A stretch of DNA of 63,561 nucleotides, filler included, from Octopus bimaculoides (lineage: Eukaryota): the NCBI RefSeq assembly GCF_001194135.2. It is 5 parts of 4 records of this genome, joined end to end, with 100 filler letters (N's around TTAATTAATTAA, not from the genome) between each part and the next. Parts side by side here need not be neighbours in the genome. Positions count along the whole stretch, not along the records: positions 1 to 25,564 come from NC_068991.1; 4 more parts are not named here. The stretch is one strand, 5' to 3'. Below are positions 1-11,745 of this stretch, piece by piece; position 1 is the first letter of the stretch; each line of letters opens with the position of its first letter. The notes beneath the pieces were generated by a model. That model saw nothing but the letters and a program-made list of their open reading frames with translations, was not told where the DNA came from and searched no databases. A program made the position numbers and the translations under genes.

Positions 1-74
<74 letters not shown>

Positions 75-130
75 ATTTTTTTCATCTGTGTGTATATGTA
101 CGTGCATATGTATGTGTGCATGTATATAGA
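1..130. repeat. (TA)n(TG)n compound microsatellite
   Basis: Directly visible. Confidence 0.95.
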
Positions 131-243
131 AATAAAATAAATTATAATAAAATAAGGTTGATAGGGGATAAAATGGAAATTAATACTATTATAAAAAATA
201 ACGCAGTTAAAAAGTTAAACAGTACGACAAGAAGAAAATGATT

Positions 244-838
244 AAAAAAGAGGATAGAAAATTGAGAAGGGATAACAGTGTAAAAAAGTAAGTGGATATA
301 AGGGATGATAAAGTGGGATGAACTAAATTGACATAAAATAAATAAATAAATAAAATTAAAAAAAGTTGCTTTTTTTAAGGAGGTTGTAGAGACAGTCATT
401 GGGAGGAGGGGGTTGTGTTGAGTTCGAAAGGATTCTGGGTTCGTAGATTAAAAATGTAACGCTGTTCAAGGCGGAGTCGTGAGTGCGTGGATCTGTGGTG
501 CAGGGTGAGGCCAAAGACGGAGATATCAGAGGGGGAATGATTGGCCAAGCGAAAATGAAGGGCAATGGGGGTGTTCGTACATAGCCGAACATCTCTTAGA
601 TGTTCGGTGAACCGGTTGGCCAGCTGGCAGCCAGCCGTCTGGCCCGTCTGACCTACATATAGTTTATTGTGGAGATTGCTTGTTGTTTTTGGATTTACTA
701 TACACCGCACACTCACATGGACCCTGGCCGTCTGACTGACTTTGGAGTACCTAATTCGCGGAATTCTTCTACCGTTGGATTACATTACCTTGTCCATTCG
801 GATTACACCATTTCTGCACCTTGACTGTGAATCATATA
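244..838 (-). mobile_element. Penelope-like element 3' remnant (GIY-YIG endonuclease)
   Basis: ORF 396-716 reads LYVGQTG...LANRFTEH...HF...RLRLEQRYIFNLRTQNPFELN, the GIY-YIG pattern of PLE C-termini. It is flanked by (TA/TG)n and runs into the gap at 840. Confidence 0.8.
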
Positions 839-2196
839 TNNNNNNNNNNNNNNNNNNNNNNNNNNNNNNNNNNNNNNNNNNNNNNNNNNNNNNNNNNNNN
901 NNNNNNNNNNNNNNNNNNNNNNNNNNNNNNNNNNNNNNNNNNNNNNNNNNNNNNNNNNNNNNNNNNNNNNNNNNNNNNNNNNNNNNNNNNNNNNNNNNNN
1001 NNNNNNNNNNNNNNNNNNNNNNNNNNNNNNNNNNNNNNNNNNNNNNNNNNNNNNNNNNNNNNNNNNNNNNNNNNNNNNNNNNNNNNNNNNNNNNNNNNNN
1101 NNNNNNNNNNNNNNNNNNNNNNNNNNNNNNNNNNNNNNNNNNNNNNNNNNNNNNNNNNNNNNNNNNNNNNNNNNNNNNNNNNNNNNNNNNNNNNNNNNNN
1201 NNNNNNNNNNNNNNNNNNNNNNNNNNNNNNNNNNNNNNNNNNNNNNNNNNNNNNNNNNNNNNNNNNNNNNNNNNNNNNNNNNNNNNNNNNNNNNNNNNNN
1301 NNNNNNNNNNNNNNNNNNNNNNNNNNNNNNNNNNNNNNNNNNNNNNNNNNNNNNNNNNNNNNNNNNNNNNNNNNNNNNNNNNNNNNNNNNNNNNNNNNNN
1401 NNNNNNNNNNNNNNNNNNNNNNNNNNNNNNNNNNNNNNNNNNNNNNNNNNNNNNNNNNNNNNNNNNNNNNNNNNNNNNNNNNNNNNNNNNNNNNNNNNNN
1501 NNNNNNNNNNNNNNNNNNNNNNNNNNNNNNNNNNNNNNNNNNNNNNNNNNNNNNNNNNNNNNNNNNNNNNNNNNNNNNNNATATATATATATATATATAT
1601 ATAATAACAAATGGATGTGTTAATTCCTGATAGCTGTTTCCAACAAATTTTTTATTGATTAATGGAGACATTACATCATTAGAAAAAAAACTCTTTCATC
1701 CAGTGAAAGCAATGGCATGTGCACCTTCATGATTCTATGACACTTGCTGTTAGTTCCGTTTGGTAGTATCATAGGAGAAAATAACGTGATGTCATGTGTT
1801 AGTAGGGGGATGACGAAGATTTATAGTGATGAAGGAAGTTAGAGGATGGGGTAGGGGGGAATCTGATAGCAAAGAATCTACACATTATCCATCTGCTGTT
1901 ATTCATTCATTTATTATTCACCTCTCTTGGAACCTGTTCCTTGTGTAGATCCGAAGTATATTATGGGCCGTACATTTAGTACAAAGTGTGTTTCTTGATT
2001 AGCTTCAGGGCTATTGATATTCTCAGTTGGGTACAGTTAATCATATACATAAACCGAATATCTTTCTGACTGTATTTTAGTACCCGCATATTTATTCCTC
2101 TATTTTTCTTGTGTACAAACTTTTCTTCTTGATCTGACCTAGAGCCATACTATTTAAGTGCCTGATTTACTTGAATCCTGATCTATCATACTTATA

Positions 2197-2242
2197 CAGG
2201 GTGGCCCAAAAGTTGGTTTACATTTATTCAACTATCTCTTTC
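2197..2242. mobile_element. Tc1/mariner-type MITE end (same family as 33457-33651), truncated by gap
   Basis: TA|cagggtggcccaaaagttggtttacatttattcaactatctctttc matches the reverse complement of the right end of the 33457-33651 MITE. Confidence 0.75.
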
Positions 2243-2342
2243 NNNNNNNNNNNNNNNNNNNNNNNNNNNNNNNNNNNNNNNNNNNNNNNNNNNNNNNNNN
2301 NNNNNNNNNNNNNNNNNNNNNNNNNNNNNNNNNNNNNNNNNN

Positions 2343-2388
2343 CAACTGGAACCCTCGACGTCGTTAGCGACGGAGTGCCAACAACAAC
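2343..2388 (+). mobile_element. 3' tail of tRNA-head SINE family D
   Basis: caactggaaccctcgacgtcgt matches the tail of the minus-strand SINE at 28515-28865. Confidence 0.55.
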
Positions 2389-3329
2389 ATATTCCCTCTA
2401 CAAAATTGCAGACAATCAGTGTTAAAAAAAAATGTGATTCATCCCAGTGAATCATAAGCGAAAGGAATTTCTTACATGAATATATTTTAACTTGTACGTT
2501 GATTTCGAACATTAAAATCAGAAAAACGAAAATGTTTTTAGTGGTAATAGATGCTTCTATAGTAAGAGTAATGTTGTTTTTGTTTTTACTCAAGCGTGTC
2601 TCATCGAAAGTTTCTTTCCCCCTTTTTCCCTCCCACTAGAATACAAAGAAAGATTAATTTATTCTAACTTTAATACATCCCAAATAAGTATCTTTTTGAA
2701 AATTTCTTCAAAGTTAAATATTTCATTTCGTTTTCGCCTCATAACGACATCACTAATAATTCTCTCGCCTGTTTGTTTCCACTGCACACTCTACGGATTA
2801 TCTCTCACTCATATATTCATAAACTTGTTCTTTGCCTTTCACCACTTTTTCTATTATTATTATTATTATAAAGCTTTATAAGTTGTAACACATTCTTTCT
2901 ATCTTTCACTGCACATCTTACGATCTTTTGAATTTTCGTAAACATTCTTGCGCGCGCTCTCTCCTTTTCACCTCTCTTTATAATGCTCTATAAGTTTGAT
3001 AAAAAAAAAAAAGACAAAACAAAACATTCCTTTACTTTCCAGTAATATATACGATCTTTTGAATTACGTCTTTGTTCTATATTCGCCAGCACTCCTCCCC
3101 CTCTCTCTCTCTCTCCCTCTCTGCCCCCCTCTCTCTCCCTCTCTGCCCCCCTCTCTCTCCTCGCTTTTATAATGTTCTGTGTTCGTAAACACCCCTGCTC
3201 TTTCTCTCTTATCTCTCTTTTACAATGTTCTTGGAAATAGTTTCTTCTCATCTTCTCTCAGTCCTCCACCTTCCTATCTTCGCAAACGTTACACTTATTA
3301 AATCTTTCAGCTTCTAAGTAATATCTCAC

Positions 3330-3700
3330 GTTTTTTTACATTGCCAAAAATCAACAGATGGACACCAACAGCTGCAAATTTGTGCTGCGCCAGATTGAGG
3401 CCAACAAAATGCAAAAGGTGCGTCAAAACTGGCAGATTGTCTCTTTCTTCAAAACGTGGACCATGGCTGACGGATAACCGCTGAACGACCTAACAGTGGC
3501 AGCTCTAAAAAGCTGCTGTTTCCATAGTTCTATGGTACAAATTGAGTGAAAAAAAAACACAAGAGTTCATACACTCCTATGCTTTTGCCAAGCAATATCT
3601 CGAGCTTCTAGACAGCATTATGAAAGACACAGACGAAGTGGTCAATGACGACCCCTCATGAATTGAAACCCATGAAGGTCAAAAAGCAACCACAAATGCC
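3330..3700 (+). pseudogene. pogo/Tigger-like (DDE_1) transposase relic
   Basis: IVSFFKTWTMADG*PLNDLTVAALKSCC aligns by eye to the pogo VxFLPPNTTSxLQPLDQGIIAALK motif (stop where Q is expected); decayed. Confidence 0.45.
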
Positions 3701-3744
3701 ACTCCGACTGGCTCTCACTCTGGTGACGCATAAAATGCATCATC

Positions 3745-4320
3745 CAAATGTGGTTGATGCCAATGTCCCCTGACTAGCTACCATGCCGGTGGCACGTAAA
3801 AAGCACCATCTAAATGTGGTCAATGCCAGGTCTTCCTGACTGGCTCCAATCCCGGTAGCAAGTAAAAAGCTCCAGCCGAACATGGCCAATGCCAGTACCC
3901 CCTGACTGGCTCCCGTGCTGGTGGCATGTAAAAAGCTCTATCCGAACATGATTGACGCCAGGACTGCCTGACTGGCCCCTGTGCCAGTGACACGTAAAAA
4001 CCACCATCCGAACATGGCCAATGCCAGTACCCCTTGACCGGCTCCTGTGTCGGTGGCATGTAAAAACCACCATCCGAACATGGCCAATGCTAGTACCCCT
4101 TGACCGGCTCCTGTGTCGGTGGCATGTAAAAACCACNNNNNNNNNNCAGTACCCCTTGACCGGCTCCTGTGTCGGTGGCATGTAAAAACCACCATCCGAA
4201 CATGGCCAATGCTAGTACCCGAACATGGCCAATGCTAGTACCTGTGTCGGTGGCATGTAAAAATCTCTATCCAAACGTGACCGATGCCAGGCCCGCCTGA
4301 CTGGCTCCTGTGCCAGTGTA
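3745..4320 (+). repeat. 66-bp tandem repeat, about 8-9 units (unit tggcatgtaaaaaccaccatccgaacatggccaatgctagtaccccttgaccggctcctgtgtcgg)
   Basis: Unit counted directly. It produces the 22-aa periodic ORFs on the minus strand. Related units occur at 7075-7270. Confidence 0.9.
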
Positions 4321-4545
4321 AGAAAGGAAGAGAAATGGAAACTGACCACTGGTCACATGACAGCTGCAAACAGAGGGGAAAGACAGCATGAAAGAGGGAG
4401 GGAAAGTGACAGAGAGAAAAAAAGGGGGGGGCAAGAGATGAAGGGCGAAGAGAGCAAAGTGAAAGGCTAGGAATAGAAAGGGAGAAAGTGGAAAGGCTAG
4501 AATAGATGTGAGAGGGTGAGAGAAAGAAAAGGGGAAAAAATAAAG

Positions 4546-4585
<40 letters not shown>

Positions 4586-5017
4586 CATGGGTACAAAGAA
4601 AAACTTACTTGTTAATACAAATCCGATGTGCGTTGCATTGCATTACTTAATAAACGACATAACTTATACTGTGTAAAACGAGACGAGAGATAGACAGAGA
4701 AGGACCTTAATTATTCATCAGTTATCAAAAGTGGATGAAAATAAGTACGTGTTTGAGTGTTGAGATTGACGTAATTGATGTATCCACTCCCTTGAAATTG
4801 TTGGCATTGTAATAGAGCCTGAAACCAGATTTAGCACACACACACACACACCTCCTCCTCCTCCTCCTCTTGTTCAAGGATGAGCTTGAACCTGTTTTCA
4901 TATTCCCATGGCCAACTACTACCATCACTGTCACTACAACTACAAACACAACCACCACCACCAACAACAACAACACTACTTCAAACGTAACCCACAGTCA
5001 CCAATAAGACTACTACT

Positions 5018-5326
5018 GGATCTATTTTAAAACGGGGGCCACAGTTTTCATTAATGTTTTACGTAGTGTTTTTGGTACCGAAAGACTTTCAAACTTCGTA
5101 TACTTATCTATTTTGTGTTATAGAACAGAAAAATATTTTTGTATTCGAATTTATTTCATGTAAAAAATTGTCTTATTTCGATAATTTCAACCAATCACTG
5201 ACAAGTATTCAGTTGTTTATATTTACTCCTTTGGCTGATTAAGCGGTGTATAGCGTATTTAATCTCCATAACTTCTGACAGTGTTCGTTTTCCTTCGTTA
5301 AATTTGCTTTTTTTCATTTTAAATTT
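5018..5326 (+). mobile_element. GGATCT-terminus MITE (Merlin-like), left arm; right end lies in the gap
   Basis: ggatctattttaaaacggggg... is nearly identical to 16991-17190. Inserted in an (ACT/ACC)n tract that resumes at 6054. Confidence 0.8.
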
Positions 5327-6182
5327 NNNNNNNNNNNNNNNNNNNNNNNNNNNNNNNNNNNNNNNNNNNNNNNNNNNNNNNNNNNNNNNNNNNNNNNNNN
5401 NNNNNNNNNNNNNNNNNNNNNNNNNNNNNNNNNNNNNNNNNNNNNNNNNNNNNNNNNNNNNNNNNNNNNNNNNNNNNNNNNNNNNNNNNNNNNNNNNNNN
5501 NNNNNNNNNNNNNNNNNNNNNNNNNNNNNNNNNNNNNNNNNNNNNNNNNNNNNNNNNNNNNNNNNNNNNNNNNNNNNNNNNNNNNNNNNNNNNNNNNNNN
5601 NNNNNNNNNNNNNNNNNNNNNNNNNNNNNNNNNNNNNNNNNNNNNNNNNNNNNNNNNNNNNNNNNNNNNNNNNNNNNNNNNNNNNNNNNNNNNNNNNNNN
5701 NNNNNNNNNNNNNNNNNNNNNNNNNNNNNNNNNNNNNNNNNNNNNNNNNNNNNNNNNNNNNNNNNNNNNNNNNNNNNNNNNNNNNNNNNNNNNNNNNNNN
5801 NNNNNNNNNNNNNNNNNNNNNNNNNNNNNNNNNNNNNNNNNNNNNNNNNNNNNNNNNNNNNNNNNNNNNNNNNNNNNNNNNNNNNNNNNNNNNNNNNNNN
5901 NNNNNNNNNNNNNNNNNNNNNNNNNNNNNNNNNNNNNNNNNNNNNNNNNNNNNNNNNNNNNNNNNNNNNNNNNNNNNNNNNNNNNNNNNNNNNNNNNNNN
6001 NNNNNNNNNNNNNNNNNNNNNNNNNNNNNNNNNNNNNNNNNNNNNNNNNNNNNCAGCACAGCACCACTACCAGCACCAGCACCACCACTACCACCACCAC
6101 CACCACGACGACGACCACCACCACCATAATTACTACTACGCTATTGCAATTACCTCTACTACCACCACAGTTATTCATTATC

Positions 6183-6298
6183 TGCCAAATCAGATTGGAG
6201 CCTGGTGTAGCCATCTGGTTTCACCAGTCCTCAGTCAAATCGTCCAACCCATGCTAGCATGGAAAGCGGACGTTAAACGGCGATGACGATGATGATGA
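6183..6298 (+). mobile_element. RTE-type retroposon 3' end with (GAT)n tail
   Basis: cagattggagcctggtgtagc...ccaacccatgctagcatggaaagcggacgttaaac(gat)n; homologous to 7260-7425. Confidence 0.75.
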
Positions 6299-6592
6299 TT
6301 AACAACTGCTACAATTACGATTATCATCACTTCTACTGGATTTGGTTAAAAAGAGACGATGAACAATGGCTAGATGAATATTGAGCTACGTTTAATAACC
6401 AGTTGATCTAGCAAACGGGATCTCATATCAGTGAGGTGGGGTGTGTGGGGTGGGTGTGCATTGAAGAGGTAGGCCACGGAATGGTGTGCATTCTCTCCTG
6501 ATGACCCCATACACTTGCTGGCTTCCGGTATTTGGAGTTCTCGACTGGTATCACTTGCACGTGCAAGTTGTTTGCAAAACATCTACTACACA

Positions 6593-6757
6593 GGAGTGGC
6601 TGTGTGGTAAGTAGCTTGCTTACCAACCACATGGTCCCGGGTTCAGTCCCACTGTGTGGCACCTTGAGCAAATGTCTTCTACTATAGCCTCGGGCCAACC
6701 AAAGCCTTGTGAGTGGATTTGGTAGACGGAAACTGAAAGAAGCCCGTCGTATATGTA

Positions 6758-6792
<35 letters not shown>
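6593..6792 (+). mobile_element. tRNA-head SINE family B (5' half)
   Basis: A box tggctgtgtgg, B box ggttcagtcc, followed by ccttgagcaaatgtcttc; matches 12090-12500. Confidence 0.85.
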
Positions 6793-6796
<4 letters not shown>

Positions 6797-7024
6797 CTCA
6801 TTTATTATTTGTTTTATATATATATATATAATTTATATATAATTTAATAATAAGGGTAGAAATTGATATTAATCAATTAAAACCAGTGGTCTAGCATATT
6901 TAAAAAAATCCGAAGATTAAAATTATATTACATACAAAAATAAGAGGAATGACCAGCAAAAGTGGACTCCTATATGCTAGAAATAGATGCCGAATCACCT
7001 AACCACGAAGAATATGTTCTCAGT

Positions 7025-7425
7025 AAGACCTGTTGAGGCAAGTGAAATCACAATCAAAATCAAATTCGGTGATGTGGCCAATGACAGCACTGCCTGACTT
7101 GGCATCCATGCCAGTGGAACATTAAAAGCACCATTTGAATGTGATCGTTACCAGGGCTGCTGACTGGCTTCCGTGCCGGTGGCACATAAAAAGCACCATT
7201 CGAGCGTTATCGTTACCAGCATCACCTTACTGACACTTGTGTGCCGCAGGCATGTAAAAGCACCCACTACACTCTCGGAGTGGTTGGTGTTAGGAAGGGT
7301 ATCCAGCTGTAGAAACTCTGCCAGATCGGATTGGAGCCTGGTGCAGCCATCTGGCTCGCCAGTCCTCAGTCAAACCGTCCAACCCATGCCAGCATGGAAA
7401 GCAGACGTTAAACCATGATGATGAT
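7025..7425 (+). mobile_element. RTE-type retroposon 3' region with three diverged 66-bp units and (GAT)n tail
   Basis: Repeat units plus the conserved ggaagggcatccagctgtagaaac...ccaacccatgccagcatgg motif. Confidence 0.75.
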
Positions 7426-7546
7426 GTGAATAAATAAGCATTGTATTTGACAGAGTGATCTCAATAATAAAGGGTTAAACTTGTCTGCTTTCTCTTGGTT
7501 TTCAAGTAAGAAATTGGTTGTTTGTTGCTATGTAGAGAGATTCAGG

Positions 7547-7995
7547 AACAGCTGTGTGGTTAAGAAACTTGTTTTGCAGCCACGTGATTTTGGGGTTCAA
7601 TCTCACTACATGACAATTTCGACGAGTGTCTTCTGCTATGGTCCCAGGTTGACTAATGCCTTGTGAGTTAGTTTAGTATGTGGAAACGGTGTGGAAACTG
7701 TGTGGAAACTTGTTATATACATATATATGTGTGTGTGTGTACATGCTTGTGTGCACGTGTGCATGTGTGTGTGTGTGTGTATATGCGTGTATTTGTGTTT
7801 CTCTTGCCTATCTACTGCTTGACAACTTGTGTTCATTTGTTTAAGTCTCTGCGATTTAGTGTTCAGTAAATGAAACTGAAAGAATAAGAACTAGCTTTAA
7901 GAATGTATGTACTGTGTGGTACTGTGTTTGAATGGTTCAACAAAATTCTCCAAGGTGGTGCCCCAGCATGGCCACAGTTCAATGCTTTAAATAAG
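7547..7995 (+). mobile_element. Diverged full-length SINE family B
   Basis: Head, central (TA/TG)n and tail ccagcatggccacagttcaa match 12090-12500. Confidence 0.7.
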
Positions 7996-8157
7996 TAAAA
8001 GATAAAAGATACAACTGACATTTGATTTACAGTTAATTATCTGCCTCTTGAAATTTGAAATTAGGTGAATCAGCTGATGTTAGATAAATCAGTTTAGATT
8101 TGCAGAGAGAATAACTAGGGAACTTGTTTTTGTGAATGTTTTTTTGTTATTTTAGAG

Positions 8158-8465
8158 TCATCATCATCATTATCATTATCATCATTGTTTAACGTCTGCC
8201 TTCCATGCTGGCATGGGCGGGATGGTTTGACAAAAGCCGGCCAGGCAGAAGCCTGCACCAGACTTCTGTAACTGTTTTGGCAGGATTTTTACAGCTGGAT
8301 GTCCTTCCAAATGCCAACCACTCTGCAGAGAGGAATTAGTGCTTTTTATGTGGCACAAATACAAGCGAGGTCAGTTTTGGTAAGGTTTTTACAGCTGGAT
8401 GCCCTTCCAAACACCAACCACTTTACAGTGTGGACTGGGTGCTTTTAAGTGGCACCTGCACTGAA
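8158..8465 (-). mobile_element. RTE-type retroposon 3' end
   Basis: (atc)n followed by ttaacgtctgccttccatgctggcatggg = reverse complement of the 7380-7425 tail. Confidence 0.75.
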
Positions 8466-8509
8466 AGGATCACCGAGTACTTGTAAGGACAAAATAGTAT
8501 TCTTTCCAC

Positions 8510-8965
8510 CCATTTTATGTTTTGAGTTCAAATACCATTAAGATCAACTTTTTCTTTTATTTTCTTGGAATTGATGAATTAAAGCAGCAGTGAGGTGCTT
8601 GGGTTGATGTAAGACTTGTTATAGTATCAAATAAAATGTATTTAATTACATTTTACATACGGAGTTCAAACCCAGCTGAAGCCGCCTTTGTCTTTCATCC
8701 TTCTGGGGTCAATGAAATAAAGTACCACTCAAGTACTAGGGTTGATATAATTATCTAACCTGTACCCCAAAATTTCAGGCCCTGTGCCCATAACAGGGAC
8801 AATTATTATTATTTGATAGAATCATTAAAGAGTTAGCCATAATGTCTTGTAATGTCAATTTTGCCTTTAATCCTTTCTGGCACCATTAAAGTACCAATTA
8901 GGGTCAATATAATTGACTGCTCTTCTCCCCACCAAGTTTCTGGTCTTGTACCTGTGTTAGGAAGG
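8510..8965 (+). mobile_element. Three tandem 5'-truncated SINE family A copies
   Basis: Repeated gagttcaaa...ctttcatcctt...aagtacca...gggtcgat motifs. Confidence 0.6.
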
Positions 8966-9166
8966 CTTATTAGTTTAGAAGGTCAGCCTGTTGTCTTTGA
9001 TGGGTTAGCTATCACTGCAATGCACCCTTCTGTATTTAGGATTTTAAGTTGAGGGAGATTTGGCAGGTATTACTAGCAGGTCAAGTGCTCATGAGGAAAC
9101 TTCTTTGGATGCATTGGTTCCTGTCAAACCATCCGATCCATGCCAGCATGGAAAAAAACGCTGAAT

Positions 9167-9417
9167 CAGTGGTTCCCAAAGTGGGTGGTATCCTGGGAGC
9201 AGCCAAAGGAAAGTGGGGGTGATAATGGGGTAGCTATTCATGTAAAAACAACAAAATAATGGGTTCATTAGGTTAAGTTTTATTTGTTAAATACAGTTGC
9301 TTTGAATTTGCTTCAGAAAGAGGTCTATATTTGTGATGGTTTAGTTGGGGTGGGGGTGCTAGGAATGTGGCCTGGGTGTCAACGGGGCGGCAGTCTGAAA
9401 AAGTTTGGGAGCCAATG
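9167..9417. mobile_element. hAT (Charlie-type) MITE
   Basis: TIRs cagtggttcccaaa / tttgggagccaatg; decayed 8-bp TSD cgctgaat / tgctaaat; interrupts an RTE tail (9020-9166, resuming 9418). Confidence 0.7.
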
Positions 9418-9958
9418 TGCTAAATGATGGTGGTGAGGATGATAATGATAATGACTAGTCAGGTATAGCAATGACCCCAGTGAAGACAATAGCAAAATCT
9501 CAGTATATTTACTTGATCTAACAGAAATGGAAGTCAAATGTTCCTCAAACTACATCACTGCCTTCTTTTCAAAAAGAACACATTAGATAACAATAGTCCT
9601 GACATATGTTGAGGTGGTCAAGGCTGGAGTGATTGTGATCATATGTCTGAATAACTTGAGTAGGACTGGGACTTAAACAAACAACTGCAACAACAAAATA
9701 ACAGCAGCAACAACAACAACAACATGAACAGTGGCTGCAGGATTGACAACAACAGTGGTGGTGGTAGCAGTGATCTGAAGTCAAATTCTGCAGAAGTTGA
9801 TTCTATTATTTTCTGTCAGAGCATGAGTAGTCAACTGGTAGAATTGTTACAGCATGGCAATGCAGTTAAAAAATCACTCTGCAACAATCTGGTTTCAGAT
9901 TTGGTCCTACCACACAGCATCTTAGGTTGATCTGTCATAGTTTCAAATCAATCATTAA

Positions 9959-10180
9959 TCCTTTTGTCACCATATTTCTGTTGAGATGTTCTGTGTTTCT
10001 TTCAATTAATTTTAAATATAACAAAGAATTTAGTAAAACAACTTAGTTATCATTAAGCTAGTGTCAGGAACATAAATTGTGACTAAGGTCTGGTGGAAAA
10101 TTTTAATTCAGAACTAATGAAAACAGGACATTTGTTCTACAGAGCCAGAGGCAGTTTCAGCTGGGTTGGTATCAAAAAGG
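9959..10180. mobile_element. TTAA-flanked (piggyBac-like) MITE
   Basis: TTAA|tccttttgtcacc ... ggtatcaaaaagg|TTAA; a second copy starts at 10212 (TTAA|ccctttcgtcacc) and runs into the gap. Confidence 0.65.
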
Positions 10181-10211
10181 TTAAGAATTGTTTCTCTATT
10201 ACATATTTTAA

Positions 10212-10302
10212 CCCTTTCGTCACCTTATTTCTGTTGAGATGTTCTGTGTTTCTTTCAATTAATTTTAAATATAACAAAGAATTTAGTAAAACAACTTAGT
10301 TA
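10212..10302. mobile_element. Second TTAA-MITE copy, gap-truncated
   Basis: About 75 bp identical to 9974-10048. Confidence 0.65.
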
Positions 10303-11074
10303 NNNNNNNNNNNNNNNNNNNNNNNNNNNNNNNNNNNNNNNNNNNNNNNNNNNNNNNNNNNNNNNNNNNNNNNNNNNNNNNNNNNNNNNNNNNNNNNNNN
10401 NNNNNNNNNNNNNNNNNNNNNNNNNNNNNNNNNNNNNNNNNNNNNNNNNNNNNNNNNNNNNNNNNNNNNNNNNNNNNNNNNNNNNNNNNNNNNNNNNNNN
10501 NNNNNNNNNNNNNNNNNNNNNNNNNNNNNNNNNNNNNNNNNNNNNNNNNNNNNNNNNNNNNNNNNNNNNNNNNNNNNNNNNNNNNNNNNNNNNNNNNNNN
10601 NNNNNNNNNNNNNNNNNNNNNNNNNNNNNNNNNNNNNNNNNNNNNNNNNNNNNNNNNNNNNNNNNNNNNNNNNNNNNNNNNNNNNNNNNNNNNNNNNNNN
10701 NNNNNNNNNNNNNNNNNNNNNNNNNNNNNNNNNNNNNNNNNNNNNNNNNNNNNNNNNNNNNNNNNNNNNNNNNNNNNNNNNNNATATATATATATATAAT
10801 AATATATTAGGGATAAAATCCAAAATTACAGGTAAAAACTCAATTAAAATCAATTTATTAAAACTTAAAATTAAATTAAGCTTCACAGTATAAAATATAT
10901 TAATATATAGTATTAGGGAAAAGAACCAAGGTTTAAGAACTCATCGATGAAAAACCACTATCACATATAGAAAAAATTTATAATTAAAAGTACAATAAAT
11001 AAGTATAATATAAATGCAAAGTAAATATCATAAGATCAAGATAATATATATATATATATACACACACACAACAG

Positions 11075-11225
11075 GCTTCTTTCAGTTTCCACCTATCAAA
11101 TCCACATACAAGGCTTTAGTCAGCCTGAGGTTATAGTAGAAGATATCCTAGATACCACGCAGTGGAATTGAACCCAGGACCATGTGGTTGGGAAGCAAGT
11201 TTCTTACCACACAGCCATGCTTATG
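11075..11225 (-). mobile_element. SINE family B 5' half
   Basis: Reverse complement of the SINE B head. Confidence 0.75.
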
Positions 11226-11284
11226 CTAACACTATTAACGGAATCACATCTTATTTGCACCTCATCACTATATAATATTGCTTA

Positions 11285-11745
11285 CAAATTTTAGTACAAG
11301 GCCAGGCCAGCAATTTTGTGGGGAGTGAACAAGTTAATTACATTGACCCCAATGCTCAACTGGTACTTATTTTTAATGCCCCCAAAAGAATGAAGGACAA
11401 AATCAACCTTGGCAGTATTTGAACTCAGAATGTAAAGATAGACAAAATGCTGCTTGGCATTTTTGCCCAACAAGCTTAGCAATTCTGCCAGCTCACTGCC
11501 TTTCATCTCTATATAATATTGGTTTCAAATTTTAGCACTAGGCCAGCAATATATAGGGGTTCAGGTAAGTCAATTACATGGACCTCAGTGCTCAACTGGT
11601 ATGTATTTTAATGACACTGAAATGATGAAAGATGAAGTCGACCTTGGCAGAATTTGAACTCAGACCATTTGAACTCAGATGGATGAAATACTGTTAAGCA
11701 ATTTTGCCTGACATGCTAATGGTTCTGTTAATTTGCTGCCTTTCA
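11285..11745 (-). mobile_element. Two tandem SINE family A copies
   Basis: Two head-to-tail reverse complements of the 22399-22615 element. Confidence 0.75.

Noticed and set aside
3810-4195. 22-aa repeat proteins / CRISPR-like periodicity
   Set aside because: Contiguous 66-bp tandem units with no unique spacers and no cas genes; eukaryotic retroposon-derived minisatellite
6553-6568. 16-bp perfect palindrome acttgcacgtgcaagt centred on an E-box
   Set aside because: About one 8-bp-arm palindrome is expected by chance in this much sequence; no supporting context
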